From Psilocybe cubensis (lineage: Eukaryota): 64,000 bases of DNA. This document shows, in pieces, positions 38,225 to 50,895 of the stretch. Positions within the stretch are counted from its first letter, which is position 1. The number at the start of each line of letters is the position of its first letter. A program made the translations under genes and the position numbers. The stretch is from the NCBI GenBank assembly GCA_017499595.2, contig CM038999.1:806001-870000 (forward strand), given 5' to 3'. The notes under the pieces were generated by a model that was not told where the DNA came from, ran no database searches, and was given only the letters and a program-made list of their open reading frames with translations.

Positions 38225-38962
38225 ATATAAACCTGTCCCCTCGCGCGACTCCTTTCTTCCCCAAACCACCACCATCTCGCTCGTCCCCCCATTCCACGGC
38301 GACCTCCTCTTGGTCGAAACGTTGGGGTAACTCTTCTGTCGATGGCCTCCTCTCTGCTGCCACGCCCTTCATCAGCTGCCTCCCGCTATACAATGGGAGT
38401 GGTCGATCTCGTCGGATAGTTCCATCGATGTACGCGCCCCTCTCTTCATCTTTACCACTGTATCAATTAATGACTTGCGCTTAGTCGTGTCTCTCTTTGA
38501 TGGGACATCTACTATCCACGTTCATCGATCCTTCGACGCGTCGAATTGTCGGCTCGTCTGTCTATGCCGCTACCTATATCTTCGTGTATTGGCATGAAGA
38601 ATGATCTTGACCGCTTTTCTATACTTTCGTCGAGGTATGTTTTGGCACATGAATACTGGTACATATGCTGATCATATGTGATCTATAGTATCATCAGTAT
38701 TCAACCCACTCATGAACACGAGCGCGCTATCGCCCGTGTGTACATCAGATCGCTCGACAAAGCCCTCCAATTCCACCATCGATCTTGGTCATTATTGGTA
38801 TTTTCCATTTTTGTATACGTATCGTGGGTCGCTAATGTCCTTTCAGTAGTGTTATCTTTTCTTTTGTAGTTACAATTCTCAAACCTCGGTGGGCGCCCGT
38901 CCGGAGGCGTTGGAGCTGGGTTGGTCACGCCGATCTTCCTGGGATCGCTTGCAAGTCCATAG
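38225..38962 (+). pseudogene. TATA-preceded, three-intron unit whose spliced frame has one in-frame TGA and no clear ATG; pseudogene, lncRNA or transposon-borne remnant
   Basis: TATATAAA at ~38225; introns 38430-38484, 38635-38688, 38819-38869 with basidiomycete size and branch motifs; TGA at 38498-38500; TAG at 38960-38962. Confidence 0.4.
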
Positions 38963-39217
38963 ATAAATGGCCTCTCCCTTCCCTTTCTCCGCCTCTGTGC
39001 GGCCATTGGGGAGCGGGGTACGCCGATCTTCCTGCTTGTAATGCACCTTCATAGATAATCGCCAGATGTCCATTCCCCCTCCTTCTTACTCACGGAAGTA
39101 GGTGCCCCGTGACGACACTGATAAAGTCTCATATGATCAAGTGCATACTTGCATCGTCCACCAAGTGGCGTTGCTGTGTGTAAAACTCCTCTATGTGACC
39201 GTCGTCCGAAGACCCGA

Positions 39218-39425
39218 GAAAACACCAAGGACAAAAAAACAAAAAACAAAACAAAAAAAAACAAAAAAACAAACAAACAAAAAACACAAACAACACAAAC
39301 CGGGAAGAAAAGAGTCAAAAAAATCAAAAAAAAAAAAAAAGTCAAAAACCAAACAACACCAAAAAAAACAAAAAAGACGACCAAAGGACCAAAAAAAAAC
39401 ACCGCCAATAAATTGAAATAAAACG
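39218..39425 (+). repeat. ~200-nt A-rich (A/C) low-complexity tract
   Basis: Runs of A(4-14) punctuated mainly by C. Confidence 0.9.
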
Positions 39426-39604
39426 AGACATGGAGCCTGATGGATAATGGAGCATGGCCAGCACTTTCTATCGGTCGTCGCTTCCAAACGGAATATTGGG
39501 AGATAATCAATTATAAACAAATATGTACTTTGCTTGAATACCAATGATAAAATAAGCAGTTTTTAGTCCCATCGCAGATTCGTACGCCGCCCCTTCCACA
39601 GGGT

Positions 39605-39815
39605 ATTAACTTGACGTTGACAGCGTCGATGCGTTTAAGAACATCCACGACCTTCTCTCGTCTATAAAACTGCGGGTACCACTTTCTTCGTGGTACTTTA
39701 TAAAAAAGGCGGCACCGTTTCCCATAAGAGCTCTCTATGTGCCATTGAGTTTGGAAGAGGTGCCATAGTGGGATGCCAGCGTTCTAAACGATTGAGATTT
39801 TGCTGTAGTTGAAAA
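39605..39815 (-). pseudogene. Frameshifted fragment of an F-box paralogue similar to the 35-37 kb gene
   Basis: GTGGGATGCCAGCGTTCTAAACGATTGAG (39768-) nearly matches 35592-. The minus strand reads QQNLNRLERWHPT.../TSSKLN/..ELLWETVP...YHEESGTRS versus QQQLNRLEGWHPTVTSYTLNALKEQLLERLP...YREETDIRS, with frameshifts. Confidence 0.75.
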
Positions 39816-40283
39816 ATAACAACTTTGGCCATCGGTACGTTGTAATCTGTCCCGCGAGAAGAATTCCAGAGGCATATAATGCTTGAGAGTATCTTATCTT
39901 AGCAAGGAAACAAAATACTCATCTCAGAGGTTCTACGGTTGACATTCAAGAGTTGGTGCACGGCACTGTCGGCTGACAATTTGAACGTCCGCGGTTCAGC
40001 GTAGTGATGACATCCTGTTATCATAGAGAGACTCGGACTAGAATTCAGCACAGAGCATTGAATATCATATCGAATCGACACAGGCCATCCGAAGATATGA
40101 AACTCGGAGAATACAAGACACCAAGAATCAAGAGCAAACTGGAAGCTCGGAGTTCCAACTGAGCTTCGACAGTACGTCACCGCAATGCGCCCGCGGTTCT
40201 ATCGGTTTCTCACACCTCCCAGGATCCAACAAAAATATATGTCCGGGAATCATGTTTGTTCTTTTTCCTTCTCGCCTTTATAG

Positions 40284-41957
40284 ATGTCAGAACCTCCCAT
40301 TATTGTTGTAGATGATACCGACACAAATCTAATCACCTATACTGGCTCCTGGGCCTCCACTAATACCACTGAGTTTGACTTGTTGGGCCACTCCGGCAGG
40401 CCTTTCGAAGGCACATTGCATAGAACGTCGTCAAACGCCAGTTTGACATTTACATTCAACGGTGAGATTTCCATTTTATGTAGTGATCATCTATTAACAG
40501 GCAATTTAGGAACTTTTGTTGCTTTTTATGGAACGCTCAATGAATCCTCTCCACTCCCGACCCCAGGAGTCCCATCTGTGCAATGCATCATTCTTCTTAA
40601 AAATATTTTCATTACGACGGGCTTCAGTGAAGTCGGAAACAATCAACAGTTCTGTATACTAGACCGCCCACTAGATGATGAAGAACATACAATTATCGTC
40701 AACATCATTTACCCGATCAACAACGACCACAATTCGTATCCTCACTCATTCTGGTTTGATATGATCCAATATCGAGCCTTGACACCAACACAAGTAAATA
40801 ACTCCAGAGCCCTGATACCTCCACCGGACCCTCGCATGCGATTCGGACCAGGATGGACCCCTAGCTTTAATGGACCGATTCAATTCAACTCCGGCGGAAA
40901 CAGGACGAACGTCAAAAATTCGACATTTACTATGCAGTTCATAGGTCAGTAATCATAATTTAGTACTTACTTCTAGTTTATGTGGTGTGTGTTGACGACA
41001 ATTCAAGGGACTTCTCTTTCGTGGTTTGGTTATATGGACCAGAGTATTACCACAGAAGCTACAACAGCATCGTACGCAATAGACGACGAAACGCCTACCA
41101 TTTTCAACATTAACGCAAGCAATCCGGCGCTGAAGATTCTTGACACCAACGTGTTGTTTTTTCAGACTCCAAAGTTTGCGTATGGGCATCATACGCTTAC
41201 GGTCATATACAACGGTGATGTCGAAGATAATTCTACCCCTCTGACACTTAATTACGTGGTCATTCAAAACAGCTCCTCCAGCTCCACCGTTCCTTCATTA
41301 GATTCTCCGAGTACCTCCTCGACCTCACCCAACTCGTCAAACTCGCGGAAGGATCTCGCACCCATTATAGGCGGGACGCTGGGAAGCCTTGCCTTTATCG
41401 TTGCATCTGTGGTGATTCTAATTCTTCGACGCCGGAAAATTAGTTCTTCTAAAGCCAGCTATATCTCCAACATTGACGGCTCAATATGCGATGACGTTCC
41501 ACCACCGCCATCCCCCTTTTTAGTTACGACGGACGACATCACTGGCAGCAAAGAGCTCAATGACTCGTCATCAGCGCGTGCAGCTCCAGAAACTGAACTC
41601 AGCCCGACTCCGACAGTAATTGGCAACACTCAGCAACCTCGTAAAGCTAGAACTCGCTATACATACAATCCATCTGTAATTACTACAGAACTGGGCGAAG
41701 ATTCTAGAGAAGCGACAAGAGCCATTCACGTTGAAACGTTGGCCCAATCCAAAACCGAGGATGACATCCCACCTATGCTTCAGAGGCCCACTCTGTCGCC
41801 GAGCCGCAGCACAGTGCAAAGAACCTCCTTCGACGAACCTCAACACAATTCTCCTGCTTCTAGAATTGTGCTTAGAGACGAAGATAGTGGGATTAGATTG
41901 TCTCACTCTACTGGAGGTGATATTGTATTACTACCCCCCGAATACACACTCTCTTGA
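40284..41957 (+). CDS. Single-pass membrane protein with two jelly-roll (galactose-binding-like) ectodomains; 3 exons (introns 40462-40509, 40945-41007)
   Basis: IVVDDTD...YTGSW, FTFNG/T, HTIIVN...FWFDMIQY repeat pattern occurs twice; Ser-rich stalk; TM IIGGTLGSLAFIVASVVILIL followed by RRRK; terminal LPPEY. Confidence 0.8.
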
Positions 41958-42125
41958 TTCTGAAGGATCTTCTACTGAGGTCAGAAACCCAGCTATTAAT
42001 AAGTCGATTCTACCTTTCGTCACGCAGATCAATTACCATGTGGCAATACGGTAAGCAATTACTCGTATTAATTATTTGTTACAGTGGTACTCTTTTGTTA
42101 CAATTGAGAGATATATAAGATAAAA

Positions 42126-45100
42126 TTAAGGCTGGAAGCCAATGACAGGGCTCAACCATGATTCGTAGTCCTCTTGCCTGGTCGCATCACCAGTGACCCT
42201 AAGGGCACGTAGGAGAATTCGGTACGCGCCGCTTGGCACAGCCGTTCCGTTAGCGAAGACGGGTTCTTCGATGTTAAGGAGACTGTAGGGGTCCGAACCC
42301 TGAAAGCAAAAATCAAACTTTGTAAAAAGCTGAGAAATATATGGTAGTCGTACCTCGTTCAAGCGGGTGATATAGTCAAAGGAAGCAAGGGAACCAACGA
42401 CTTTGACGCGGGCATAGGAGCCAGCTTTGTTTTTGTGGGGGAAAGTGAAGAAGGGACCACCTCGGAAACCACGCGCGCCCAAAGTGGGGACAAGGTTGAT
42501 TGCAGGATCTACAAGGTCGATGCGCAAGGCAGGCGTTCCGAAGACAAGACTGGAAAGAGAAAAAGAAATATTACAATCAGATGGGATCTGAGGTAAATTC
42601 AGCTGTGAGATACGAACCGCCACAACACAGACGGGAAGTCTCCATCGACGAAAGTATAATTAGTCGCCGCAGTTTGAATGTCACCTGTAGCATCGAGGAC
42701 AGCAGGAAGTTTGAAGCCAAAGAATGCGTCGGTGTTATCAACGACTTGTTTGTTCTTCAAGCTTCCGAGGAGACCAAGATAGGAAACGTGATAGTTCTCA
42801 GAGCCACTGACGACATCAATGAATCCACTGTATACGGGGTAGGTCGAGGCATCAAGGCCGGTGGGAGGTCTGAAACTGGCAATAACGGTTTGGCTTTGGC
42901 CGGGCCGGAGGGTGAAGGATGATGGGACGATGGAAACGCTAGCAGCTTTGGTTGAGAGGGGTACAGGACCTGTCGCAGGGAATATGGTACCCTAAATGCG
43001 ACATATATCATTGACTGCGGTAGCATGACAGAGAACAATGACTTACAGGTCGAATAGTCAAGGCGGTACCAGCAGGAGAATGGTTCAACCTGTACTGCTT
43101 AGCAGATTTTCCAGTGTTTCTTACAGTGAAAGTATGGCTAACAAAGGTAAAGGTCAGAAATACATCGATGGGAAGTATATACTTCGCAAATTATGCTTAC
43201 AGTCCCTTAAAGTTGGCAGTATCGTTGAGAATGAGTTCTCCAGGAGACACGATAGTCTGAGCATGAATAGCGTTATAGGCCTGAATCAGTCCAGCACCAG
43301 TCTGAGTGGCTGTATGCCAAGGGTCTCCATCAGTGAGGCTGGAAGGAACCTTGCTAGCGGTGGTCTCGAACAAGGTGCGTGCAGACTTTGCAACGGCAGG
43401 CGATTTGCCTTTGGCAGAAAGGAGAAGACCGGAGACACCAGCAACGAAGGGAGTAGCCATTGACGTTCCGGAAAGGACAGCGAAGCCACCGAGTGCGAGA
43501 GGCATCGTCGAGATAATGTTTCCGCCAGGAGCAGCAATAGCAGGCTTGAAGTGGAAGTCGTTGGAAGGACCATATCTGGAATTAAAAGGTGGGTACGGTT
43601 GAAATAATTTCAATGCTATGACTACTCACGTAGAGAATGTGGATACAAGACCTCCACGAGCATTAGGGAAGTTGATAGAACCGCCGGATTGAGGGAAGGA
43701 CAATGCGACTGGAACTCCGGATGCAAATTGTTGAACGAGCTTAATTTCCAAAGTCAAAAACAATGCCTGATATACGGAAGGCAATAGTACTCACGAATTC
43801 TCCATCAGCGGCTTGAATAAGAGTTGCTTTGAAGTTGCCAACGGAGATACCAGCGAAGCCAGTGCCATTACTAAGAAAGAAGAATCAGCACCAATATAAA
43901 GGTTTCCAAAATACTTTCAAACATACTCGTAGATTAACGCGACTTTGGCTCCTTTGGCTGCGATATTGTTCAACTTTTGGACCTAGGTGAAATCCCAGGT
44001 CAGATAAGAGAGATACGAATTTGCAATTATTCTTACAAAGCTGCATGTTCCACGACGAACAATCACAATCTTATCAGAAAGATCAGGAGTACTATCGGGG
44101 AGACGAGTACAGGCATCGTCGGCGATCGTTGTGTCGTTGGAAGTAGCATACACTGGCAGGATTCCGTCAACTGCAAAAGGAAGGGTGGCAAAGTAAGTGA
44201 TGGGATCATGGGTTACACCGTGGACAGTGGCGGTTTGGAGGGGTACGACGGTGCTTTGACACATTGATCAGATTAAGGGCAGCGAAACAAGGCGAGGAAT
44301 ATATACTTCTCAATGCTTGCGACTGAGATTGCGTCGTGGGCGTTTCCAGGACTGGAAGAGTACCATGATCCCTCTTCTCCCTAAAACAGTGACAGTAAAC
44401 CTTAATGAAATAGTAGTCGAAAGCAAGTAACGCACATCATTTCCAGCTGCGATAGCAACAATTATTCCAAGGTTAGCCAACCTGCTCGAAACAACAGCAC
44501 TTGAAGATGCAGCCCAGCCATCTGCCCCTCCCAGAGACAAGTTCAAAACATCATTTCCATCCTTGTAACCCCGAATTAGAGCGTCGACGAGAACTATTAT
44601 AATTTAAAATTTAGGTCAAAACAAAAAGCTAAACAAGACAGAACACCGACCATCTTCAGTAACAGAACCAACGCATCCAAAAACTCTGTACGCGTTTATT
44701 TTGGCTTCATAAGCAACGCCAGCGATGTTGAAATCATTTCCAGGCAGGGCGGAGATAATGCCCTAGAGGAAGGTCAGTATAAGACGCTATGAGATTTGGA
44801 TTGTGCATACAGCAACGTGTGTTCCGTGGCCTTAAAATATATCAACTAAGGTATCCCAAAGTAAATGAGAACAACACTAGCGCACCTTGGCATTCGTCAA
44901 GAGGATCAGAGTCGGGGACAGGGGTATTGCGTCCATCATATTCATCCCCAACGAAATCATAGCCTCCAATGACCAGACGGTCCTTTCCAATACCTCCTCC
45001 AAGAGTGGGATGGTTGTAGTCAATTCCGGTGTCAAGGCTAAGCGAAGATTAGTTACTACCGTCTTGCACATGATAATCATACATGTGAAGCTTACATTCC

Positions 45101-45817
45101 GATTTTGATACCGGCTCCTTTGATTCCTTGAGCGTGTAGTTTGTCGACTCCCTAGAACCACCACGGAATATGGTTGAGTTTAGATGAAAAAATAAATAAA
45201 CAACCCAAATCACTGACGGTCAAAAGGTGGGTCGAGAGAGGATTAGGAGGGAGTTGAGGGTCGTCCTTGCCAGTCAGGACATGCTTCTTGGCAAGTTGGG
45301 GTATCTTGAACGACCTGACGGGGCGAATGGCTTTGATACCAGGAGTATTCTCGATAGCTGCAACATCCTGCGACAAAATAAACCAAAGTTTGTAATTTGA
45401 CGGTTAAGTTCCTAACCTCAGCATTCTGAGAAAATAGTTTAGTGGTGATTTAATCATGCAAATAAATGAAGCATACATTAAGAACAACAGATGCTCCAAC
45501 AAAAATGCCTTCCGTGTCGAACTCTTTGGTAACTTCGAATTCTACGTTTCGTTCCCTCAAAGATGAATAAATAGCGTCTAAAGACTATAAAAATTGCGTC
45601 AATCAAACGCATTCAAATAATTACAGGGAGATTTACACACGCGTGGAAAGGAGCGTTTGTTTGGGATATTCGCAATGTCTTCCAATTCGACAATAAACTT
45701 GTTGGCGACATTGGGAAGGGTGGTGACCTTTTTGATATCGGCGAGAGAGAGGCCAGCGATTGTGGAGGTTGCGAGTAGCACCGAAGGAAGGAGTGACCAG
45801 AGGGAAGCTGACTTCAT
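42126..45817 (-). CDS. Secreted S8 subtilisin-like serine protease with PA and Fn3-like domains; many introns
   Basis: Signal peptide [16 protein letters not shown]; spliced catalytic motifs [39 protein letters not shown]-domain [11 protein letters not shown]. Confidence 0.93.
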
Positions 45818-46961
45818 CTTGCAACGATATACCGACACGACAGATGTCGAAGGGTTAAATGAAAGAAGAATAAAGTATTGCGTTCCCGGACTCCTGATGA
45901 TTATATAGCTGATGAGAGGTAGACAAAGGACATTGAACAGCACATTGAACACAGGAACGGTACATGTGGTTGGTAGGAAGAAGAGTACGCGATGCAGAGA
46001 AAACAGCGTGTACAGGTGCCGCCTTGTCAGCGATTCCTCGTGGAGTACCCCGGGGTCCGACGACACAGATCGTGTCAACAGATTCAAGAGCGCCGAAGAG
46101 ATCAAAAAGACCACCCAAGCCCATGGCAGCTAAGTATTATACAAGACTGCAAGCCCTGTGGGATTAGAAATTTGTCTAGTCAGCCATGTTCGTCCCATGT
46201 CGGAACAGGTGTGTGGACTAAGTAATCACAGAGATGGCAACATACCCAGAAAGTATTGGTAACCCCATGAATGCAACTTAAAAAGGATCCATGAGGGCTG
46301 CGACCTCTGATCACTAGACCATTTTGCAAGCAGATTTCGCTATTAATTTGTTAGCAGAACTGGCGCCTTGCAATTGCCACACTGTTCCATTCTTTTCCCC
46401 CGTAAATAATGCAGCAGTTTTGTAACTGCCCTCGATCGGCGTTATTCAATGATAATCTAGCCCCGGCAGCTACTGGAATTCATGCGATATCGAGTACGAA
46501 GCAACATGGCTTGTGACAACAGAATTGCACCATTCAAGCGGAGGAAAGATAAAACCAGCAGATTGGGATGGATTTTTGCTGCAACCATCGTACATCCATG
46601 TGGATGTCGACTTTTATCAAGCAGGGACTTCGTGGTTCGGAGGCAAAAGTGTCACCCAAACTTCTTGGCTCGACCATGAAGTCACGTGTTCTACAGTCGG
46701 ACAGGGGCTTTATTTTGGCACTCAATCTCACTCAATACAGGACGGTTCCAGGGCCTTGTTGTACCGTATTAGCGCCCATTAGAATCGGGGTTGAAATGAT
46801 TCTTTGAATGCATACTTTCTCTCTAATTGAAAACAGTAAAACTGATAAATGATGAGTACATGGTGGTTATTTGATTTAGTGAATTATCGCGATTCGTGCA
46901 TGCTTAGATCGAGTCCACAAATTATATATGCGATGTATTTATAGCGCTTGACTGAGGTTAA

Positions 46962-48192
46962 TTACACCGATAAAAGCATGGACACGACAAATATAACGAC
47001 AAAAATGACAGGAGGAAATGGAGATTTTAAAGAAAAAGCAGCCACAGAAACAAAACCTAGATTCATTTGGCTGGTCCCGATGTATTGTCGTCCAAGATCA
47101 TTGATTTTACCATTGTCGTCGATTAATGCATTGTCCTAGAATTAAACAGGGAGTCAGACACAAAAGATAGGGCAGGTAGAAATATCGTCTGAAAAAATCA
47201 CCTTGTTGAGTCCTTGCAAATCCTTCATCGCTCCAAACATAGCGCTCCACAAAGTCAGCTTGGTTCATGTACGTTTGAGTGATATTCAGGAACTCCTCTA
47301 CGTCATTGAAGGAGCACTGTGCTGAAAGATCCACATAATTCTGACACGCCCACTCTGTAACCCATAGTGGCTTCCCGAATGTAGCATTAAAATCTTCGAG
47401 ATAAGTGATGAATTGTGAGGCGTCCGTGCCATACCAATCTGAAAAATGTAAATAGAATGTAAAAACAGCGGGGCGCAGGTCAGTCATTGCGGCGTGGTTG
47501 ATATCGGACGAGGGCTTACGTATGGCAATAAAATCAACTGTGCAATTGTTGCCGCAAGTAGTTAGGAATTCATGTAGCCATGCCTTCCCAGCCGGGGAAC
47601 TCGAAGGTGCAGGGCTACCCAGACGGAGACCTTGATCATGAAACGGCTGAATATAAGTCAACCACATCTCCACGCCTTGTTCCGGTGTTACATTAGCCTG
47701 GCTTGGTATGTCCGGTCTATCGTTTTGATCAGTAAGGATAGGAGTACTTGTGAAATGATAAAGATACTCGACTCGTTCATGCCCAAAAGAGTTGTAACAT
47801 TATTAACATTGTTAAATAGGACTTGCTGCATTGTCGAATTAAACTGGTCAAAAGATTTGTTGCCCCAGAACATGGGTACAAATTCTATATCAGCCTCTGT
47901 CGGGAAAGCGCTCCATGTATAATACCTATGATCCAGTCAAGATCGTAACATAGCATCAAACGGTGAAATAAACGTACCATGAAACGTTTCCTGTACTTGT
48001 AAACTGTCTCATGTCTACCATATCTGCGTTGGCCCAACCTAATCCGGCCTTGGGTATAACGATTGTACCATTTCTCAGGTCGCGAGCTTGAAAAGCGTAG
48101 CTCCCCGGCACATCGCTGATGGTGAATACCAGAGGTAGGAAATATAGAATCGGGTAAAGAGTTCTTCGGAAGAAGGGAAACAATAGTTTCAT
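46962..48192 (-). CDS. Glycoside hydrolase family 128 (Asl1-like beta-1,3-glucanase), probable membrane/GPI anchor
   Basis: KAGLGW, FVPMFWG, LGMNEPD (spliced), RLGSPA, KPLWVTEWACQ, FVERY; hydrophobic N- and C-termini. Confidence 0.88.
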
Positions 48193-48690
48193 GATAAAGA
48201 GAATGTGCTGCATTTGTGGGGGGATACATCATGGTTTCTCGTCCTATGTAGGCGGTAGAGAGAGCTGGACATCATTTCACAAGATTGCTGTGTTTTGGGG
48301 TAGGTGACGTCGAGGAATCTGAAAAAATAGTAGCTCCGCCAATTCGAGCCTAATAGAATAGTGGATTTCGGACTTTATTGCTTTGGGGTCAAAATGTTAT
48401 ATTTTGCGCACGGTTGGGCTTATGCGTTGTAGTGGTCTCGGTGGATGCCACTATATAGCTGGTTGGTTGTTGTGGTGATTTTACGGACCTGTTGAGGAAG
48501 CACTGGAGAGACGGCCCATGCTGACTCAGCATACTTGCCGGCATGCCTGAATTTAAACTTCGACGCGAACCACCAAACCACATCCTTTTAACTCAGGCTG
48601 GTTGCCCATTTCGTTCATACATTTCTCTGAACGAGGATACCACCCCTCATCATACCCTGCTCTCTATACTTAAGCGCATTCCAAGGCTCA

Positions 48691-49631
48691 ATGTCGCGCG
48701 TCACCTGCCTTCGGGTGCAAGCGAAGTCTCTCAGCCAACCTGCTAGTTTCATCCACATTCCCAGGTCCATTGGTAAACTTTCATATCTCACCTCATTACA
48801 CATACAAGTGGGTCGTATATTTTCGCATCCGAATGTGGATGATAAACTTAAAAAGATAGATTTCAGGGTAAAAAACACTTTTCTGCATCGGCCGTGACGG
48901 ACGAGCCCAAACCAGATCAAACCGACATCCAACTCTGGTATAAAGCAAACAGAAAACCGACAAAGAGTCGTCGGAACATCGTCGTGCCTGATGTGATACC
49001 CTACTCGAGATTTAAGGGAAAATATTCCACCCCTTTGATAACGCGACGAGAGGCCGAAATATATCTCCGCCCATTATTCTATCGCGGATGGGATATTCAA
49101 ACAGCGGACTCAAACAATGGGGCTAATGTGGTGGTGGGCGCATGTTGATTTTTCAATCTTCGATCGTTATTAAAGAACTCAGGTTCGACAATCGCCTTCC
49201 CTAGTTGGATCATTGGTGCTCGCCTCGAGTCGTCCCATACATACTCTCATGTCGCTTCTAACAGTCATTTCTAAACGTGAAAATGTGTTAAGTATTCTTC
49301 GAAGCATGTCTTTCCTTCTCTGATCGTCTATCTATCTTAGCATCACGTCATTTCTAAAGTTGCGGATGGTCCTAGGCCTGTCCTGACTATCATCGCACAG
49401 ACACACAGTGCCAGGAACAATACATCTTCGAGTCTGCAGGATTTTGATGGCATCTATCCTGGAATAACTCTTCGAGACGTCCGATTTGCTGCACTTCTGG
49501 AAAAAAGGGCCTTTGAAATGAATTATCTTTATCAACCCAGAAACGTTTTTTGTCAAACCGACATTGATCGGTTTGTTCACGAAAAGGCTGTGGCTTGGGC
49601 GAAACTCATGACCCAATACCCATGGCTGTGA
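48691..49631 (+). CDS. Divergent pterin-4a-carbinolamine dehydratase (PCD/DCoH)-fold protein with a putative mitochondrial presequence; exons 48691-48807, 48867-49133, 49183-49284, 49341-49631
   Basis: Spliced product has RGW...ISKRENHH...QTHSA...GITLRDVRFAALLE, the PCD motif order. The N-terminus is Arg/Lys/Ser-rich with no acidic residues. Confidence 0.6.
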
Positions 49632-49689
49632 TCCCAGAATCATGTAACCACAAGCAGCTACTCTTTATCTTACAAATGTACTATTTGCA

Positions 49690-50625
49690 TTAGAATGTAA
49701 ATGCCGTACAATTAATGTACTTGAGTTCACCGCCGTAAATTCGCGTCGAGCATTGTTAAGTCAGCGTGACGGATAACACGGCCATTAATGTACCAGGTAG
49801 CTGATCTACTACGTAGTTCAACAAAAACCTGGTTAAGCTCGCCACCGTTCATGAGCCTAGCTCCCATGGAAAGAGTTCGAAGGGCTTCATAAAAACAAAA
49901 ACTTAGCCTGTACACCACAGCATGATTAATAAAGCTGAATGAACTCACGATTTACATTCGCAATGATCATTTAACAAAGTTTTCCAATTGAATATATTTT
50001 TTTCAGCAGATTGGCAGTGTTGCAGTGAGTAGTGTTGCCTGCAAATTATTTTGTGCAGTGGATAAAGAATGCCGGTAAACTATTTCCCAGTTGGGAATAG
50101 CATTACCTGACTTAGCACTCTGCCATTGGACATGAAAATGATTAACTCACAACAATATCTTTAACATTCTCTACCTGCGTTGATTCAATTTCATGAAGGA
50201 TGCCATTGACTACACGGTTTCGAGCTATTGCAGGGTGATCCGGCCTGAGATAATTGTAATCGCGTAGATCTGGAATTGCTTTGTATAACTCCGCTTTCAA
50301 TGACAACAATCTTTTAGAGGAAGAAGTCGATGGTGTCAAATTATTGAACAAGGCATGAAATTCCTGCATAGGTCCTTCAAAACGTTCAAACTCAACTGAC
50401 AGTTTGAAATCTTCAAACGCCTCAAGACGTTCGATGCACATAACATTGAAATCCGACTCAATTTTATTGCGATCCTCGGAACGGAAATAAGCAAGTTTAT
50501 TCAAGGCTTCTATTGTCGCGTTGGTGGTTTCCTTTTCATTGATGTTTTTGTAGTGACAAAAGGTGCATGTGCGCAAAAGAGGAACAAGAGGGATATTATT
50601 ATAATAACCATAAGCAAGATTCGTC
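49690..50625 (-). pseudogene. 5'-truncated tandem duplicate of the 3' part of the adjacent F-box gene
   Basis: ORF 50142-50675 aligns with the last ~170 aa of ORF 51322-53274 (PLVPLLRTC...IERLEAFEDFKLS). The last exon is also duplicated. A ~56-nt deletion lies at ~49965 relative to 51144-51199. Confidence 0.85.
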
Positions 50626-50895
50626 AGCGAGCAGCAACTACCGAATCGAAGTGTCAAGTGACAAGAATCCAACAAGAATCATTCCAAATAGAATTTCAAC
50701 TTGAACCGGCTAACACTCCACCTCTAACTACATATTTTATGAGAATCAACCACAACAGCACGTTATGTCAGACCCTTGAAACAAGTGCTCGTTTGTAAAC
50801 TTTGTGTATCGACGAGGCATGTATTAGAAGGTAGAAATGTCATACCGTGCCAAACTACCGTGTACAAAAATGTGTACAAAAGTCGAATCATTGTC

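Noticed and set aside
37766-38874. TGT...ACA-bounded segment as a solo LTR
   Set aside because: Flanks (GTTC/ATTC) are not a clean TSD, and the right boundary coincides with a splice acceptor of the spliced unit.
39105-39150. CTGATAAAG as a hammerhead ribozyme core
   Set aside because: Does not match CUGANGA, and there is no stem II followed by GAAA.
39049-39544. Lys-rich and Phe-rich ORFs on both strands
   Set aside because: Artefacts of the A-rich tract.
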